A stretch of DNA of 63,385 bases, filler included, from Octopus bimaculoides (GCF_001194135.2; 6 parts of 5 records of this genome joined end to end with filler, not necessarily neighbours in it), one strand, 5' to 3'. Shown: positions 27,066 to 40,025, counted from the whole stretch's first letter. The notes: generated by a model from the sequence alone, not told the origin. Numbers and translations are program-made.

Positions 27066-28509
27066 GTTTAGGCACATACCTAGAAATTTGGGAGTAAAGC
27101 AGTGTTCAGTCGATTTAATGAACGCCATTACATGACCGACCTTTATTTAATTGACCCCGACAAGACGAAGTACATTGTCAATTTCGATGGGATTGAAGTT
27201 TAAATTATAGAGAGAACCAACTAAATAACCAAAACATTCTACTCGTTCTGTAACTGTAAAGAAGTGTGTCAAACTTTCTGTCAATTACATTAGTGACGTC
27301 TAATGTTGGCCCCTGTTCAAAATTTTTAAAAATTTACTCATGGTCGTCATAAGTAAGCATTGGCCATAGAATTTTATGCAAATACAGGGCTTTGTTTGAC
27401 ATATACATACAATACACACACATTACAACATATTAATCATTCATAATATAAATGGAGCGTCGGTGTTAACAAACTGAAGCCTTAAACAATCTTTATATTC
27501 AGGTACTTTTCCAGGCCAATATACGTTTTTTTATTCCCGTACATGATCATCTCTAAGATTGCTTATTCTTATGTACATTTTGGAAATTGAACACATTTAA
27601 AAACTTGTACAGTTGTTATAATTAAAAAATCTACGAGTACAACATTTTTTTCTGCTAAATGTATTCATTAACTATGTCATTTTGGCTAAGAAATACACAC
27701 GTCGTGTTAGTACAAACGATGCTATTGTGCGTCATTTGAAAAGACGATGTAAGTTAAGCACAAACAGTGTCATTGTGTTGATGTCATTTAAGAAACTGTC
27801 AGCAGATTAAAACAAACGGATGTCATTGAAATCTGCCTCTTCTAACTCCTAAAATTGACAAGCAGATGGCAAAAGAAAGAAAGAAAGAAAAGAGCTCAAT
27901 CAAAATATGTCCATGTTTGTAGTAAGATAAAATGAGAGTAAATAAATTTGAAAAGAACAGCATTGTCATGCAATCAAGATGGACGTGGGGAGAGAAAAGA
28001 AGTCGATGATAGAAACCACTGGTGTTGACTCATTTAAAAGGTATATTTACAGTGAAGAATATCGTCTTAATGAAAATAAGCAGTGGTGAAAAAAGCTTCG
28101 TCAGTAGCGTCGAAATCCGTGAATAACTGGTATTAATTGCGGTAAGCTCAGTTAGACATATCTACAAAGTAACCGGATTAATGGTTTGTATAGTGCCATT
28201 ATGACTGCGTTACATCTCTCGAAGCAAAGAGATGCCAATGGTTCGAACTAAAGAGTTACAGCATAGTATACAAGAACGTCGCTGTTGTCTGCGCAAAGTG
28301 TTTCACATTCACTTAGCATTAAAATCTGAGATACACCCCAGTACACCTGACCTTGTATAGCGTCTCTCGTACACGTTCTGCTCAAATCTAATCAACGGTC
28401 CTCGACCAGTGCCACATTCAATAAAATTTACTCTCCCCATCCAAATCATGTGTAAAACATATACTTTTCTACTCTAGGCACAAGCCCCAAAATTTTGGGG
28501 GAGGGCGGC

Positions 28510-28670
28510 AGTTGATTAGATCGACCCCAGTACGCAACTAGTACTTAATTTATCGACCCCGAAAGGATGAAAGGCAAAATCGATCTCGGCGGAATTTGAA
28601 CTCAGAACGAATACAGACGAAATACCGCTAAGCATTTCGCCCGGAGTGCTAACGTTTCTGCCAGCTCGCC
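28510..28670 (-). mobile_element. SINE family A, CpG-intact copy (similar copies at 29447-29635 +, 35738-35912 -, 15745-15910, 22430-22590, 62235-62390)
   Basis: Head ggcgagctggcagaa, B-box-like gagttcaaattccgccgag, shared ggggtcgat block. Confidence 0.85.
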
Positions 28671-28713
28671 AGGAATAAATGAATTACAAACTTTTCGATA
28701 TGGTAAATAAAAG

Positions 28714-28771
<58 letters not shown>

Positions 28772-30844
28772 CAGACAGATAGAGTATGCAAGCATGTATA
28801 TATATAACTATGCAGTTCGTTGAGTTGAAGTCGACGCTGTTACTCATTCTTCAAGTGAAAATAAAATACCAACATCAATAAGTGACGAGATAATAGTTAA
28901 TTCTGTTATCTCCTTATATGATTTCATCTCAGTCCTGAAGGCTGAACTACTTAGTGAGTTTCCTGTAATTTCAAGTTACCGCACCTCTTTCCATCTTTTC
29001 TTTCTACACCACTCAGTTAACAACACGATGGGATATGAACTCAGAACATACCAAGCGAGTGTCTGATACATTAACATTAATCCTCAATCAGAAAAGTAGT
29101 TAAACCCTGTTTGGTAGACATGATGGTAACAATAGGAAATGAAATGTCGCTTAGCTTTTACTATGGTGAAAACAAGATGATGTAGATGTTTGAAGATAAC
29201 AATATAAAGCATAAACATCTGGGTAGGCGCAAAGCTCCCAGCGAACCAAATTTCGTCACACTCGTTCGATTCAATACCCTCGCTGACTTATTTAGTTAGC
29301 ATCGCTTACTTTCTGTGTCTGAGAACTCTAGCCTGGGGAGTAATGATCGCTGTCGAGTTGATTTCTCACTGATATAATTGAAAACAAAGAACTGTACACT
29401 GATCTAATGACCTGGGCCAAGAATGAGTAATATATAGAATGTTTAAGGCGGCGAGCTGGTAGAATCGTTAGCATGCCGGGCAAAATGTTCAGCGGCATTT
29501 CGTACGTCTTTACGTTCTGAGTTTAAATTCCGCCGAGGTCGACTTAGCCTTTCATCCTTTTGGGGTCGATAAATTAAGTACCAATTGAGAACTGGAATCG
29601 ATCTAATCGACCTACCCTCCCCCGAAATTGCTGAAAGCAATATATAGAATTTTCGACGAAACACCTTACTGAACTCGAGAGAGCAACATGAGATAGGAGA
29701 GCTCTCATCGTACCCAATTCGCAATTCAGTTTCAAGTAATTTGAATATTACATGATTCAATAGATTTTTCTTGTCTCTAACGAAAAGATCCAGATTCTTA
29801 AAAGAATAAGGGGGGGAAAAAAAAGAAGAGAGCATTTCTAACGACATAGAATGCAATCCTCGGGTTAATTCATTGGACCTAGCTCTAAGTTAGTCACTTC
29901 GTGTTTCACTTATTTATGTTCAGTTTGCCCAGGATAAGTATACAGTGTTTAGATCAACAAATAGTGATTGGTTATTGCAGACATGAAGGATGTAAATAAA
30001 GTGAAGTAACCACACAGCTGTGGAATAGAAACGGGATCACAAACTCTGTAAACCAGACAAATTAATTTCTTCTAAAATGCGTTCACAACTATGGCTCACT
30101 AAAACTGTAACATTAAATATACAAGAATGGAAGTTACTGGAAGCTAAATAACAGGTGCAGGCGTGACCGTGAGGTAAGAAGTTTACTTCCCAACCACATG
30201 ATCTTGGGTTCAGTTCTACTGCGTGGCACCTTGGACTAGTGTCTTTTACTATAGCCCTGATCTGACTAAAGCCTTGTGAGTGCAGTTGCTTGATGGAAAC
30301 TTAAAGAAGCGTGTATGTGTGTGTGTATGTGTGTCTGTGTCTGTTGTGTCTGCTTCCCCACTGCTTAACAACCGAATTGGTTTATGTTCCCGTAGCATAG
30401 CGGTTCGGCAAAAAGTAACCGATAGAATAAGTACCAAACTTCAAAGAAAAAAAAAAAGTCGTTTTTTTCGACGACTAAACTCTTCAAGGCGGTGTCCCAA
30501 CATGTCAGCAGTCCAGTGACTAAAATAAGTAAAAGAAATGATGAATTACTTGGGAGACATATAAAATGACGGTGGTACGAGGAAGCAAGCTCTGTGAAAT
30601 TTGACCGGTAAGTATTACATTTAAATTAGTCCTTTCTCTGACAAGATTCTATAAAGTTGGAGTGAGGTGAAAGAAAAATAAATGAATATGGGCGCAGGCT
30701 TGGTTGTGTGGTTAAGAAGCTTGCTTCCCAAGCATGTGGTNNNNNNNNNNNNNNNNNNNNNNNNNNNNNNNNNNNNNNNNNNNNTTAATTAATTAANNNN
30801 NNNNNNNNNNNNNNNNNNNNNNNNNNNNNNNNNNNNNNNNTTAT

Positions 30845-31160
30845 TATTATTATTTAGGTCACTGCCTGGAATCGAATTCAGAATCTTGGGGTTAGTAGCC
30901 CGCGCCCTTAGCCACTACGCCATATGCTACTAACCCCAAGATTCCGTGTTCGATTCCAGGCAGTGACCTGAATAATAATAATAACAACAACAACAACAAC
31001 AACAACACCGACAACAACATCGAAAAAATACCTTAGGAATGAGAACCCAGGTTCGAAATTTCCCCCAAGACACCTGATGAAGGCTGGAGGGTATACCAGC
31101 CGAAACGTTGTGTTAACAACAAACAAGATGAGGACAAATATCTGTCAAATGTAAATAAAG
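30845..31160. mobile_element. Head-to-head pair of SINE family D: minus-strand head 30845-30925 fused to a plus-strand copy 30926-31160
   Basis: Inverted arms aggtcactgcctggaatcgaa..tcttggggttagtagc / gctactaaccccaaga..ttcgattccaggcagtgacct; the plus copy continues into an AAT/AAC linker and a Penelope-like tail. Confidence 0.8.
31069..31114 (+). ncRNA. Putative minimal type I hammerhead ribozyme in the SINE family D tail
   Basis: Stem I gacac/gtgtt; core CUGAUGA; extra A; stem II ggcugg/ccagcc; GAAA; palindromic ACGU stem III; GUU cleavage triplet. Fold assigned by eye. Confidence 0.65.
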
Positions 31161-31639
31161 TCTTCTTTTTATTGCGTGCTTTTTCACTGCACTCTTGATC
31201 GAAACTTTGTGGACCCTGTTTATATGTGGTTTGTGTTGTTATTTTTCCTGTACGTAACATCATGATGGTGTTTCGCGTGTATATACAAATGTCTGGCAAG
31301 TGTACGCCTGCACGATGTTACGTACGAGTGGAAAATAAATGGTTCCAAAAAATTTAAACCATGATTTCTACACGAAGCAGCAACAGAAGAAAAAATTTTG
31401 TCGGCTCATCATTCTAGGAGCAGCAGAAAATTGGTCACATTGATACAAAGCCACATTCACAGTAACATGAAATAACAAGAGAAGAAGAACATCCAGGGAT
31501 GGCAGCGGGTTTTCTGAGATATAGTCGGACACAAAAGGGACAGCCCCGCCATAGTAATACAGTAGACTTATCGTTGGAGATAACACAAACATTCACCGAG
31601 GCTCCTGTTTCCATTCCATTTTTTTTTTTATTATGTCAT

Positions 31640-32150
31640 CAGTCCGTAAACGTCTTTGACGGCCTCTTGTTCTCTTCCTTTCCACACTTCCTGTCATCAT
31701 AGTCTTCGGCAATGTCTCATGACACATTTTATGTCCAAATTATCAAAGTTTTGCAGACTTGATTCTCGACATAGGTGTCTTTGGATGTTTAGCTTCACTA
31801 GTACTGCAGCGTTTATTACCCTATCTGTCCTGCTTATTTTGCCCAATCTACGAAAGATCACTATCTCAAGAGCTTCTATCTTTCTTCACATTGCTCTGTA
31901 CATTGACCAAGTTTCTGCCCCCGTTGAGGACGATACTACAATTTTCTAGCCCTCAATGTTAGGCGCAGTTTTATATCTTTTGAGGTGAAGATCTTTTTCA
32001 TTCCCATAAATGTTGTTTTAGTCTTATCTATTCATTGAACAACTTCTACTTCACAGCAACCTCCCGAATGTATTATTTGTCCTAGAAACTTTAACGTTTT
32101 CTAATTGCTCCAGTTGTTTCTACCTTGCTTTTTGCTTCCTTTTGTTCCAT
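31640..32150 (-). mobile_element. Old RTE-clade LINE 3' fragment
   Basis: Translation GAETWSMYRAM*RKIEALE...RLGKIS...GSVERKRTRGRQR, typical RTE C-terminus. Confidence 0.7.
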
Positions 32151-32401
32151 GTTATTAATAACCATTGCCATTTTAACCATTCTATATAAATGCAATCCGC
32201 ATAAATTATAAACCAGTTTGATAAGTGCCAATGTACGAAACTCTCGCCCCTTGCGTCACTCAGTAACTTCTACCGATAAATAGCAAAAAAATAATATAAC
32301 TATAAATATGCACACATTTTCAGTTTTATTTTCCTGTTTGTATCACCAGACCAGATTATATAATAATATCGCGGGAAAAGAAATTATTATAAAGAATACG
32401 T

Positions 32402-32565
32402 AGGAGTGGCTGTGTGGTAAGTAGCTTGCCTATCAACCACATGGTTCCGGGTTCAGTCCCACCGCGTGGCATCTTGGGCAAGTGTCATCTACTATAGCCT
32501 CGGGCCGACCAAAGCCTTGTAAGTGGTTTTGGTAGACGGAAACTGAAAGAAGCCCGTCGTATATA

Positions 32566-32603
<38 letters not shown>

Positions 32604-32794
32604 TTCCCAACATCGCTTGACAACCGATGCTGGTGTGTTTACGTCCCCGTAACTTAGCGGTTCGGCAAAAGAGACCGATAGAATATGTACTAGGCTTACA
32701 AAGAATAAGTCCTGGGGTCGATTTGCTCGACTAAAGGCGGTGCTCCAGCATGGCCACAGTCAAAAGACTGAAACAAGTAAAAGAGTAAAAGAGT
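32402..32794 (+). mobile_element. Full-length tRNA-derived SINE family B with an internal TA/TG microsatellite
   Basis: Head aggagtggctgtgtggtaag, B-box-like gggttcagtccc, tail gactgaaacaagtaaaagag; many partial copies (2095-2220, 10940-11300, 18590-18925, 30150-30540, 56470-57320, 62385-62740). Confidence 0.88.
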
Positions 32795-33087
32795 ACAGTC
32801 TTTTGTGGGTGAGCGCTGTACACCAAACATATCAAGTATATAGCCCCTGAGAATTCCTTGATTGACACCAGGTGGCAGTTCCCTTCCTGGGGCACGTTCT
32901 TTCATTTGCTTTTAACACTGATGTTTTGACTGCCTTGTTTTCTCGTATTCTATTCTATGTAAACCCCCATTAGTATACCTACACAAGTGCTCCTCACCCG
33001 ATTTGTTTCCTCATAACTTTTAGAAAAATGGAGATTTTTTAATGAAATTTTCTACAAATACTTTTGAAATAGTACACTTTCCGACTA

Positions 33088-33293
33088 CAGTAATCCCTCG
33101 CCATAAAGCGGTTCACCTATCGCGCACTCAGTACATCGCGGATTTTTCTGGCTAACATATGTAAATATATATCGCGGACTTCTCAGTATATCGCGGGTTT
33201 CTGCGGCCGATAGGCATTTATATTTTATTAGATTTTGATTATTCCTGTGGGAGGTTTTGGAGCGTAACACTCGCGATAGTCGCGGGATTACTG
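33088..33293. mobile_element. Tigger/pogo-like MITE (206 bp)
   Basis: TA target duplication; TIRs cagtaatccctcg / cgcgggattactg. Confidence 0.8.
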
Positions 33294-33625
33294 TATATCG
33301 GAATTTATTTTGAAAATCTCTTCGGGCGTGGCGGGGAGAAGAGATTCCGATAATTCACACGAGCTGACTTTGTTTTCTCATGATTTTCAGAAAAATTGAT
33401 ATTTTTAAATGAATAACGGTCCAGCAAGAAACAGCTGAAATAATAACCATCGCCTTATGGCTGCTTGTGTGCAGGGTCAAAGCTGATGATTTCAAGTGGC
33501 ATCTTCTACATGTCTCGGTTGCCCCTTTCCCTATCAGTACTGGACTTATGAAGAAAGTATGATGGTATCAGAGCTGGTGTCTTGGTTTGTTGACCAACTA
33601 GCATGATGACTATTATCATATTGTA

Positions 33626-33891
33626 CATTATTTACAATATTTACATTTGACGGATATTTGTCCTCATTTTGTTTGTTGTTAACACAACGTTTCAGCTGAT
33701 ATATTCTCCAGCCTTCATCAGGTGTCTAAGGGAAATTTCGAACCAGGGTACTCATTCCTCAGGTATTTTTAGATGTTGTTGTTATTATTATTATTATTAT
33801 TATCATTATTATCATTATTCAGGTCACTGCCTGGAATCGGACTCGGAATCTTGGGGGTTAGTAGCCCGCGCTCTTAACCACTACGCCATAT
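33626..33891 (-). mobile_element. Full-length SINE family D
   Basis: A box TGGCGTAGTGG, loop CTACTAA, B box gagtccgattcc, AAT linker, same tail as 30990-31160. Confidence 0.85.
33681..33726 (-). ncRNA. Second putative minimal hammerhead ribozyme (family D tail)
   Basis: gacac-CUGAUGA-a-ggcugg..ucagcu-GAAA-CGUU-gugtt; the two stem II changes remain G-U compatible. Confidence 0.6.
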
Positions 33892-35949
33892 TATTTCAGA
33901 AGTGAAATACAGAACTGTATTATCATATTGTTTAAATGTTTGTGCAGAGCTGGTCTCACTCTTTCGTTATACAAACTCGTATTGGTCCGGTACAAGTGCT
34001 ACGTGTAAAGTAGTTACCGAGATGCAGGTTTTGTATAGAGTTACCTTCTCTTAGATGAGCAGATAAAGAGCAAAAGGGCCTCATCTGCTTTGGCTGCGTT
34101 GGGGGTGTCTGTGAGGACCGTTCTTCCAGAGGCCATCCTGTGACATGCTAATTAACACGTAACTGGAGCGCTGACAGGTGCTACTACTCGGGGTCACAGA
34201 GAACTGGGAACAACAATTACTAAGAGGTCACTCTATACGCCTCAAAACCCTGCAACATCCGGAAGAGAGTATTACTTAAAGAATTACAAGGACACTCGTG
34301 ATCCCAGCCAGTTACCCGGTTTACCACCCGCTTTACCACCCGCTTTACCACCCGCTTTACCACGCGCTTTCATTCTTAATCGATTATTCATGTAAAATAT
34401 ATTGTGGCAGTGTTAGTTTCTGTTGCTCCAGCGACTGGAGAAACAGCCATTTTTTAATTAAGTGAAGGAAACTCACTGCCATATATATAACCGTCTTCTG
34501 AATCGTTGCTTGTGATGCAACAATTTCAAATGAATCTACATTCCTAACACAACTGAAGACCGCCAGCATATTTTTTTAAAGGAATTTATCCAAAATATAC
34601 AGAATCCGCTGTAACCCTTAATTTACATAACACCTCGATTGTGTCTATTGACAACGGTGCCGGCTCCCCTTTGAACCATTTTCGTTCTGACCTCGTTTTC
34701 CATCGAAGTATCAGCTTCTATTCCTCCTGTGCTCTCAAGAACATCGGGCAGCAAGCTGATGCCACTGGTTTCTGTTGGTTGAGGATTTCTCTACATCCGG
34801 TCATGTGATATTGGCATCTCTCATGTAGGTTATGAATGTTCTGCGTCATGAAGGCGGTAAGCTGGCAGAATCGTGCGCTCGCAAGTAAAGTGCTTCGCGG
34901 TATTTTATCCGTCTTAACGTTCTGAGTTCAAATGCTGCCGAGGTCGACATTGCATTTCGTGCTTTCGTGGTCGATATAATAGTCTTCCCTCCTTCCTGAA
35001 AAATTACAGGCCTTGTGCTAAAATTTGAAACCAATAATCTGCGTCCATTTGAAAGCTGTTTTACATCGGAAGTTTACAGTTTCCAAAATACATCGGCGTA
35101 TTCAAATATGAAAAAATTATATCCAAAAGCCTGTCTACCTTCACAGAAATTACTGATGAAATTTTACAAAATGGCGTACATTTTGATCTCTTCATGGAGT
35201 AATCCGGTTACACTCACTCGCTCCCGCACTCAGTCTCATATACACACACCTACTCATTCATATCCTTTCCTTCACTCACTCATGCCTAAAAGTACATGGT
35301 ACAAAATACGAAGTACTCTAGAGTGGGGTAGTGTGGTGTTTCTTAAAGGGATCATGGAGTTATGAGGATTAAAAATTGGATGGGGAAAATGGCATGTTTG
35401 ACAAAAACCAAGATGGCTTTTAAACTTTTTTAACTTGTCCAATACCATGACGAAGAAAGAAGACATAGATTAGGCACAAGGCCAGAAATTTCCGGAGAGG
35501 GGATGAGTCGATTACATGGACCCCAGTGTCCAACTGGTACTCATTTTATCAACCCTGAAAGAATAAAAGGCAAAGACGGCCTCTGTGGAATTTGATTTCA
35601 GAACGTAAAGACGGGGAAAAAATGCTGCTATGCACTTTGCCCCGCATGCTTACGATTCTGCCAGATCGCCACCCTAAAAAGAAAAAATATATTCTTTTCT
35701 ACTCTAAGCACAAGGTACGAAATTTTGGGGGAGGAGGCCAGTCGATTAGATCGACCTCAGTACGTAACTGGTATTTAATTTATCGACCCCACCCCACAAA
35801 AGGATGAAAGGCAAAGTCGACCTCGGTGGAATTTGAACTCAAAACGTAAAGACAGACGAAATACCGCTAAGCATTTCGTCTGGCGTGCTAACGTTTCTGC
35901 CAGCTCGCCGCCCTAAAAAGAAAAAATATATTAATGGAATTCTGCTTAT

Positions 35950-36400
35950 GTCGCCCTCCTTGTTCAGAAGATGATGAAAAGATCTCTCCGTAAAGTTGGA
36001 GGAGACCCTTTTCTCAAGGGCCAAAACGATTAGCTGCAGTTTGGGAGGTGAGAAAGCTTGGAACGGGGATGATTCGCGAAGACATCTTTTGCCACTGGAT
36101 AACAGTTGAGATTTTCCTGACGTTGTAATGTCATGTTTTTGTCCGAACAGCTGTTGTGTAACTTTGAGTAAACCACGAAGGAAACTTAGGACATTGAGGT
36201 TTTTGTCGAGAGGTGTGGATGTGAAGGTGCGAAACACATTTGCCTGAAACTAGTCGGCTAACTTGAAGGGCCATAGTGTTTGAGGGGACGGGAATGTTAT
36301 GTGGTAGGTAGTTGTGACGAAGCAGTTGTTGGGTGACTCAGTAGGTGCAAAGGTTGAAAAAAATTCCTTTTGAAAGATCCTGAGAATCTTCCTTTGGTCT
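35950..36400 (-). mobile_element. Highly decayed non-LTR retrotransposon fragment (endonuclease-RT linker-like)
   Basis: One frame gives PKFPSWFTQSYTTAVRTK, resembling the P.WF...A.R.K linker; multiple stops. Confidence 0.3.
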
Positions 36401-37058
36401 GTGGGCGTTCGTTCACTCAGAATTATTGCACCCAAGAAATTTAGAAAATCGAGTTTCATAAAAATGCACAATAAGGGAAAGCAATTCATAATTATAGAAC
36501 CAAAAATTAAATTTTATTCTTCTATTTTATTTCATTTTTTGTGTTTTATTTACAAGATACTTAATGTGTACTTGTTTGTTGAAACATTTATAGTTGTGTC
36601 TTGGGTGAATCATTATGCCAATAATAAACACATTGCACTGGTTTTATTTCACTTCTTTTATTTATTATTATTAGTCAATTCTTTAACCCTTTAAGTCATT
36701 TTTCGTTTGTCACATACAAAAAATGAATATACTCTACAAAATATATTGAAAAATCCTTCGGTTTAATATTAAGCAAACATTATATATGTATGTACACCTT
36801 GTTGTTAAATGCTCGAAATACGAGAGTAGAAAAACAGCCAACTACTGATGAAGGGGTCGTTCTTTGTGTTATTTGTTTTGTCTTCCATTTGTGTCTTNNN
36901 NNNNNNNGTGTGTGTGTGTGTGTGTGTGTGTAGATGTAAGTATGTACATATACGTATATTATATATGCATATATATATATTATTTATATTACTATATATA
37001 TAGATATACATACATACTTGCACACGCACATATATACATACGTGCGTACATACATACA

Positions 37059-37092
<34 letters not shown>

Positions 37093-37300
37093 CGAAGGAA
37101 ATCCTTTATCTCCAACATAACGTGGATGTTGCGTTAGAACACGAATATCGTGTGTTTACCTTGAAAGGACATCCCATCTGAACTCATGGTGCATAAAAGC
37201 ACTCGTATTTATATCGTTGACAGACGAGAACTGCTATTAATTATTTTATATAGATAGATAGATAAATAGATGCGTACATACATGCATACATACGTTTGTA

Positions 37301-37361
<61 letters not shown>

Positions 37362-38901
37362 NNNNNNNNNNNNNNNNNNNNNNNNNNNNNNNNNNNNNNN
37401 NNNNNNNNNNNNNNNNNNNNNNNNNNNNNNNNNNNNNNNNNNNNNNNNNNNNNNNNNNNNNNNNNNNNNNNNNNNNNNNNNNNNNNNNNNNNNNNNNNNN
37501 NNNNNNNNNNNNNNNNNNNNNNNNNNNNNNNNNNNNNNNNNNNNNNNNNNNNNNNNNNNNNNNNNNNNNNNNNNNNNNNNNNNNNNNNNNNNNNNNNNNN
37601 NNNNNNNNNNNNNNNNNNNNNNNNNNNNNNNNNNNNNNNNNNNNNNNNNNNNNNNNNNNNNNNNNNNNNNNNNNNNNNNNNNNNNNNNNNNNNNNNNNNN
37701 NNNNNNNNNNNNNNNNNNNNNNNNNNNNNNNNNNNNNNNNNNNNNNNNNNNNNNNNNNNNNNNNNNNNNNNNNNNNNNNNNNNNNNNNNNNNNNNNNNNN
37801 NNNNNNNNNNNNNNNNNNNNNNNNNNNNNNNNNNNNNNNNNNNNNNNNNNNNNNNNNNNNNNNNNNNNNNNNNNNNNNNNNNNNNNNNNNNNNNNNNNNN
37901 NNNNNNNNNNNNNNNNNNNNNNNNNNNNNNNNNNNNNNNNNNNNNNNNNNNNNNNNNNNNNNNNNNNNNNNNNNNNNNNNNNNNNNNNNNNNNNNNNNNN
38001 NNNNNNNNNNNNNNNNNNNNNNNNNNNNNNNNNNNNNNNNNNNNNNNNNNNNNNNNNNNNNNNNNNNNNNNNNNNNNNNNNNNNNNNNNNNNNNNNNNNN
38101 NNNNNNNNNNNNNNNNNNNNNNNNNNNNNNNNNNNNNNNNNNNNNNNNNNNNNNNNNNNNNNNNNNNNNNNNNNNNNNNNNNNNNNNNNNNNNNNNNNNN
38201 NNNNNNNNNNNNNNNNNNNNNNNNNNNNNNNNNNNNNNNNNNNNNNNNNNNNNNNNNNNNNNNNNNNNNNNNNNNNNNNNNNNNNNNNCAGCAGATGTTG
38301 GCCTCTTATAACATGGTTAAAAGTTATCTATTAACTATTATACTAACAACTCAATGAATACAGGACGTTTGTATTATTTTATTAGCTATAAAATTTAAGA
38401 TCTGCAACCAAGAAATAGAAATTTATAATTGAAAGGAGTTGGGGGTATTCAATTTTATTTTATTTTATCAAATTGAATATATTGGGTAGTTAGATAAATT
38501 CGTTCTTTTTATTTCTATTTTCTTTTTCTTTTTATATGTTAGCACCCCATTCAAATTTCAATTTAGAACAAAACTAAAAAAAAAAAAACACATATAGCAC
38601 TATGATAAAAATATTTTTCACGTTAATTCAAACAAAACATTGGAAAGACATCCAAAGGAAAGGCGACATCACGTGATCTGGCGGCGCCGTGGCGGAGGTA
38701 ATCGCCCGCTAGCAATGTACACAGGAATGCTTATATGCACCACAGGTCCATAGGGGGGATCCTCTCGTGGTAAATAATGCGGTACTCTCTGTTTTAACCC
38801 ATCCACTTTTAGTGGGAGATAAATATTAGCTTTTCGTATTAATACATCAATATTGCTTCTGTTGCTATCAATTATTTTTCTATTAATTATTAATATCCTA
38901 T

Positions 38902-38936
<35 letters not shown>

Positions 38937-39000
38937 TAAGATAAGGATAAACACAAGTTTAGATAATATTCCTATGCACGTTTCCTCATTAAGATTGTTT

Positions 39001-39382
39001 GGAGGCGCAATGGCCCAGTGGTTAGGGCAGCGAACCCGCGGTCGTAGGATCGCGGTTTCGATTCCCAGACCGGACGTTGTGAGTGCTTATTGAGCGAAAA
39101 CACCAAAAGCTCCGCGAGGTTCCGGCAGGGGGTGGGGGTAGCGAACCCTGCTGTACTCTTTCACCACAACTTTCTCTCACTCTTTCTTCCTGTTTCTGTT
39201 GTGCGTGTATTTCAAAGGGCCAGTCTTGTCACACTCTGCATCACACTGAATCTCTCCAAGAACTACGTTAATTGTATGCATGTCTATGGAGTGCTCAGCC
39301 ATTTGCACGTTAATTTCGCGGGCAGGCTGTTCCGTTGATCGGATCAACTGGAATTCTCGTCGTCGTAACCGACGGAGTGCCA
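39001..39382 (+). mobile_element. Full-length SINE family C
   Basis: ggaggcgcaatggcccagtggttagggcagcg head, B box ggtttcgattccc, tail gtcgtcgtaaccgacggagtgcca. Confidence 0.85.
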
Positions 39383-39384
39383 CT

Positions 39385-39417
<33 letters not shown>

Positions 39418-39704
39418 NNNNNNNNNNNNNNNNNNNNNNNNNNNNNNNNNNNNNNNNNNNNTTAATTAATTAANNNNNNNNNNNNNNNNNNNNNNNNNNN
39501 NNNNNNNNNNNNNNNNNAGTTATCCCTCTCACCTCGATCTGCAGCACGTGCTGCAGATCGAGGTGAGAGGGATAACTTCCCTTGGCAAACAGGACACAGT
39601 CGTGTGTCGATAAGCCAGCTGGAGGAGATGTCCTCCTGGGGCTAAAAGCAACAGTAACATCCACCCCTAGGGGTCAGCCACACTTAAGTGGCAATATACT
39701 ACAC

Positions 39705-39743
<39 letters not shown>

Positions 39744-39957
39744 GTATGTATATATGTATGTATATACATATATAAATATATATAAAGATGAGAATATATC
39801 AGGAAAAAGAGAAAAGTGTGTGCCAAGTCAATTGGTTGGAGAATAAAGGTAACTAGCTATTTCAGAGATATCGATGCTGAGAGAACTGTGTAAAAGACAG
39901 AGGGAAGAAACATTGCCCTTATTAGCTTATGGATAATCTGTATCTCAAATCTTAATT

Positions 39958-40025
39958 TTAACACTGGCTGACAGCATTTTCTGAAGTGCCACATAGAGTT
40001 TTCACTTTTGTCTGTTCACACTGAT
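39958..40025 (-). CDS. Candidate terminal exon G of the tandem-VFT receptor: (N)QCEQTKVKTLCGTSENAVSQC*
   Basis: Acceptor ttttgtcttacag; the phase-1 frame required by exon F is the longest open one and ends in TAA; no clear AATAAA downstream; could be chance. Confidence 0.35.

Noticed and set aside
27961-28040. Plus-strand mini-exon candidate (MDVGREKKSMIETTGVDSFK)
   Set aside because: No polypyrimidine tract, weak donor, no partner exons or recognisable family.
34319-34372. 12-bp unit tttaccacccgc repeated about 4 times (also 19-bp repeats at 44395-44470 and a 30-bp duplication at 58190-58245)
   Set aside because: Short minisatellites without spacers; not CRISPR-like and no functional evidence.
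39518-39577. Perfect 60-bp palindrome centred on CACGTG
   Set aside because: It starts exactly at a contig end beside a scaffold gap, so it is most likely a fold-back read or assembly artefact; needs raw reads.
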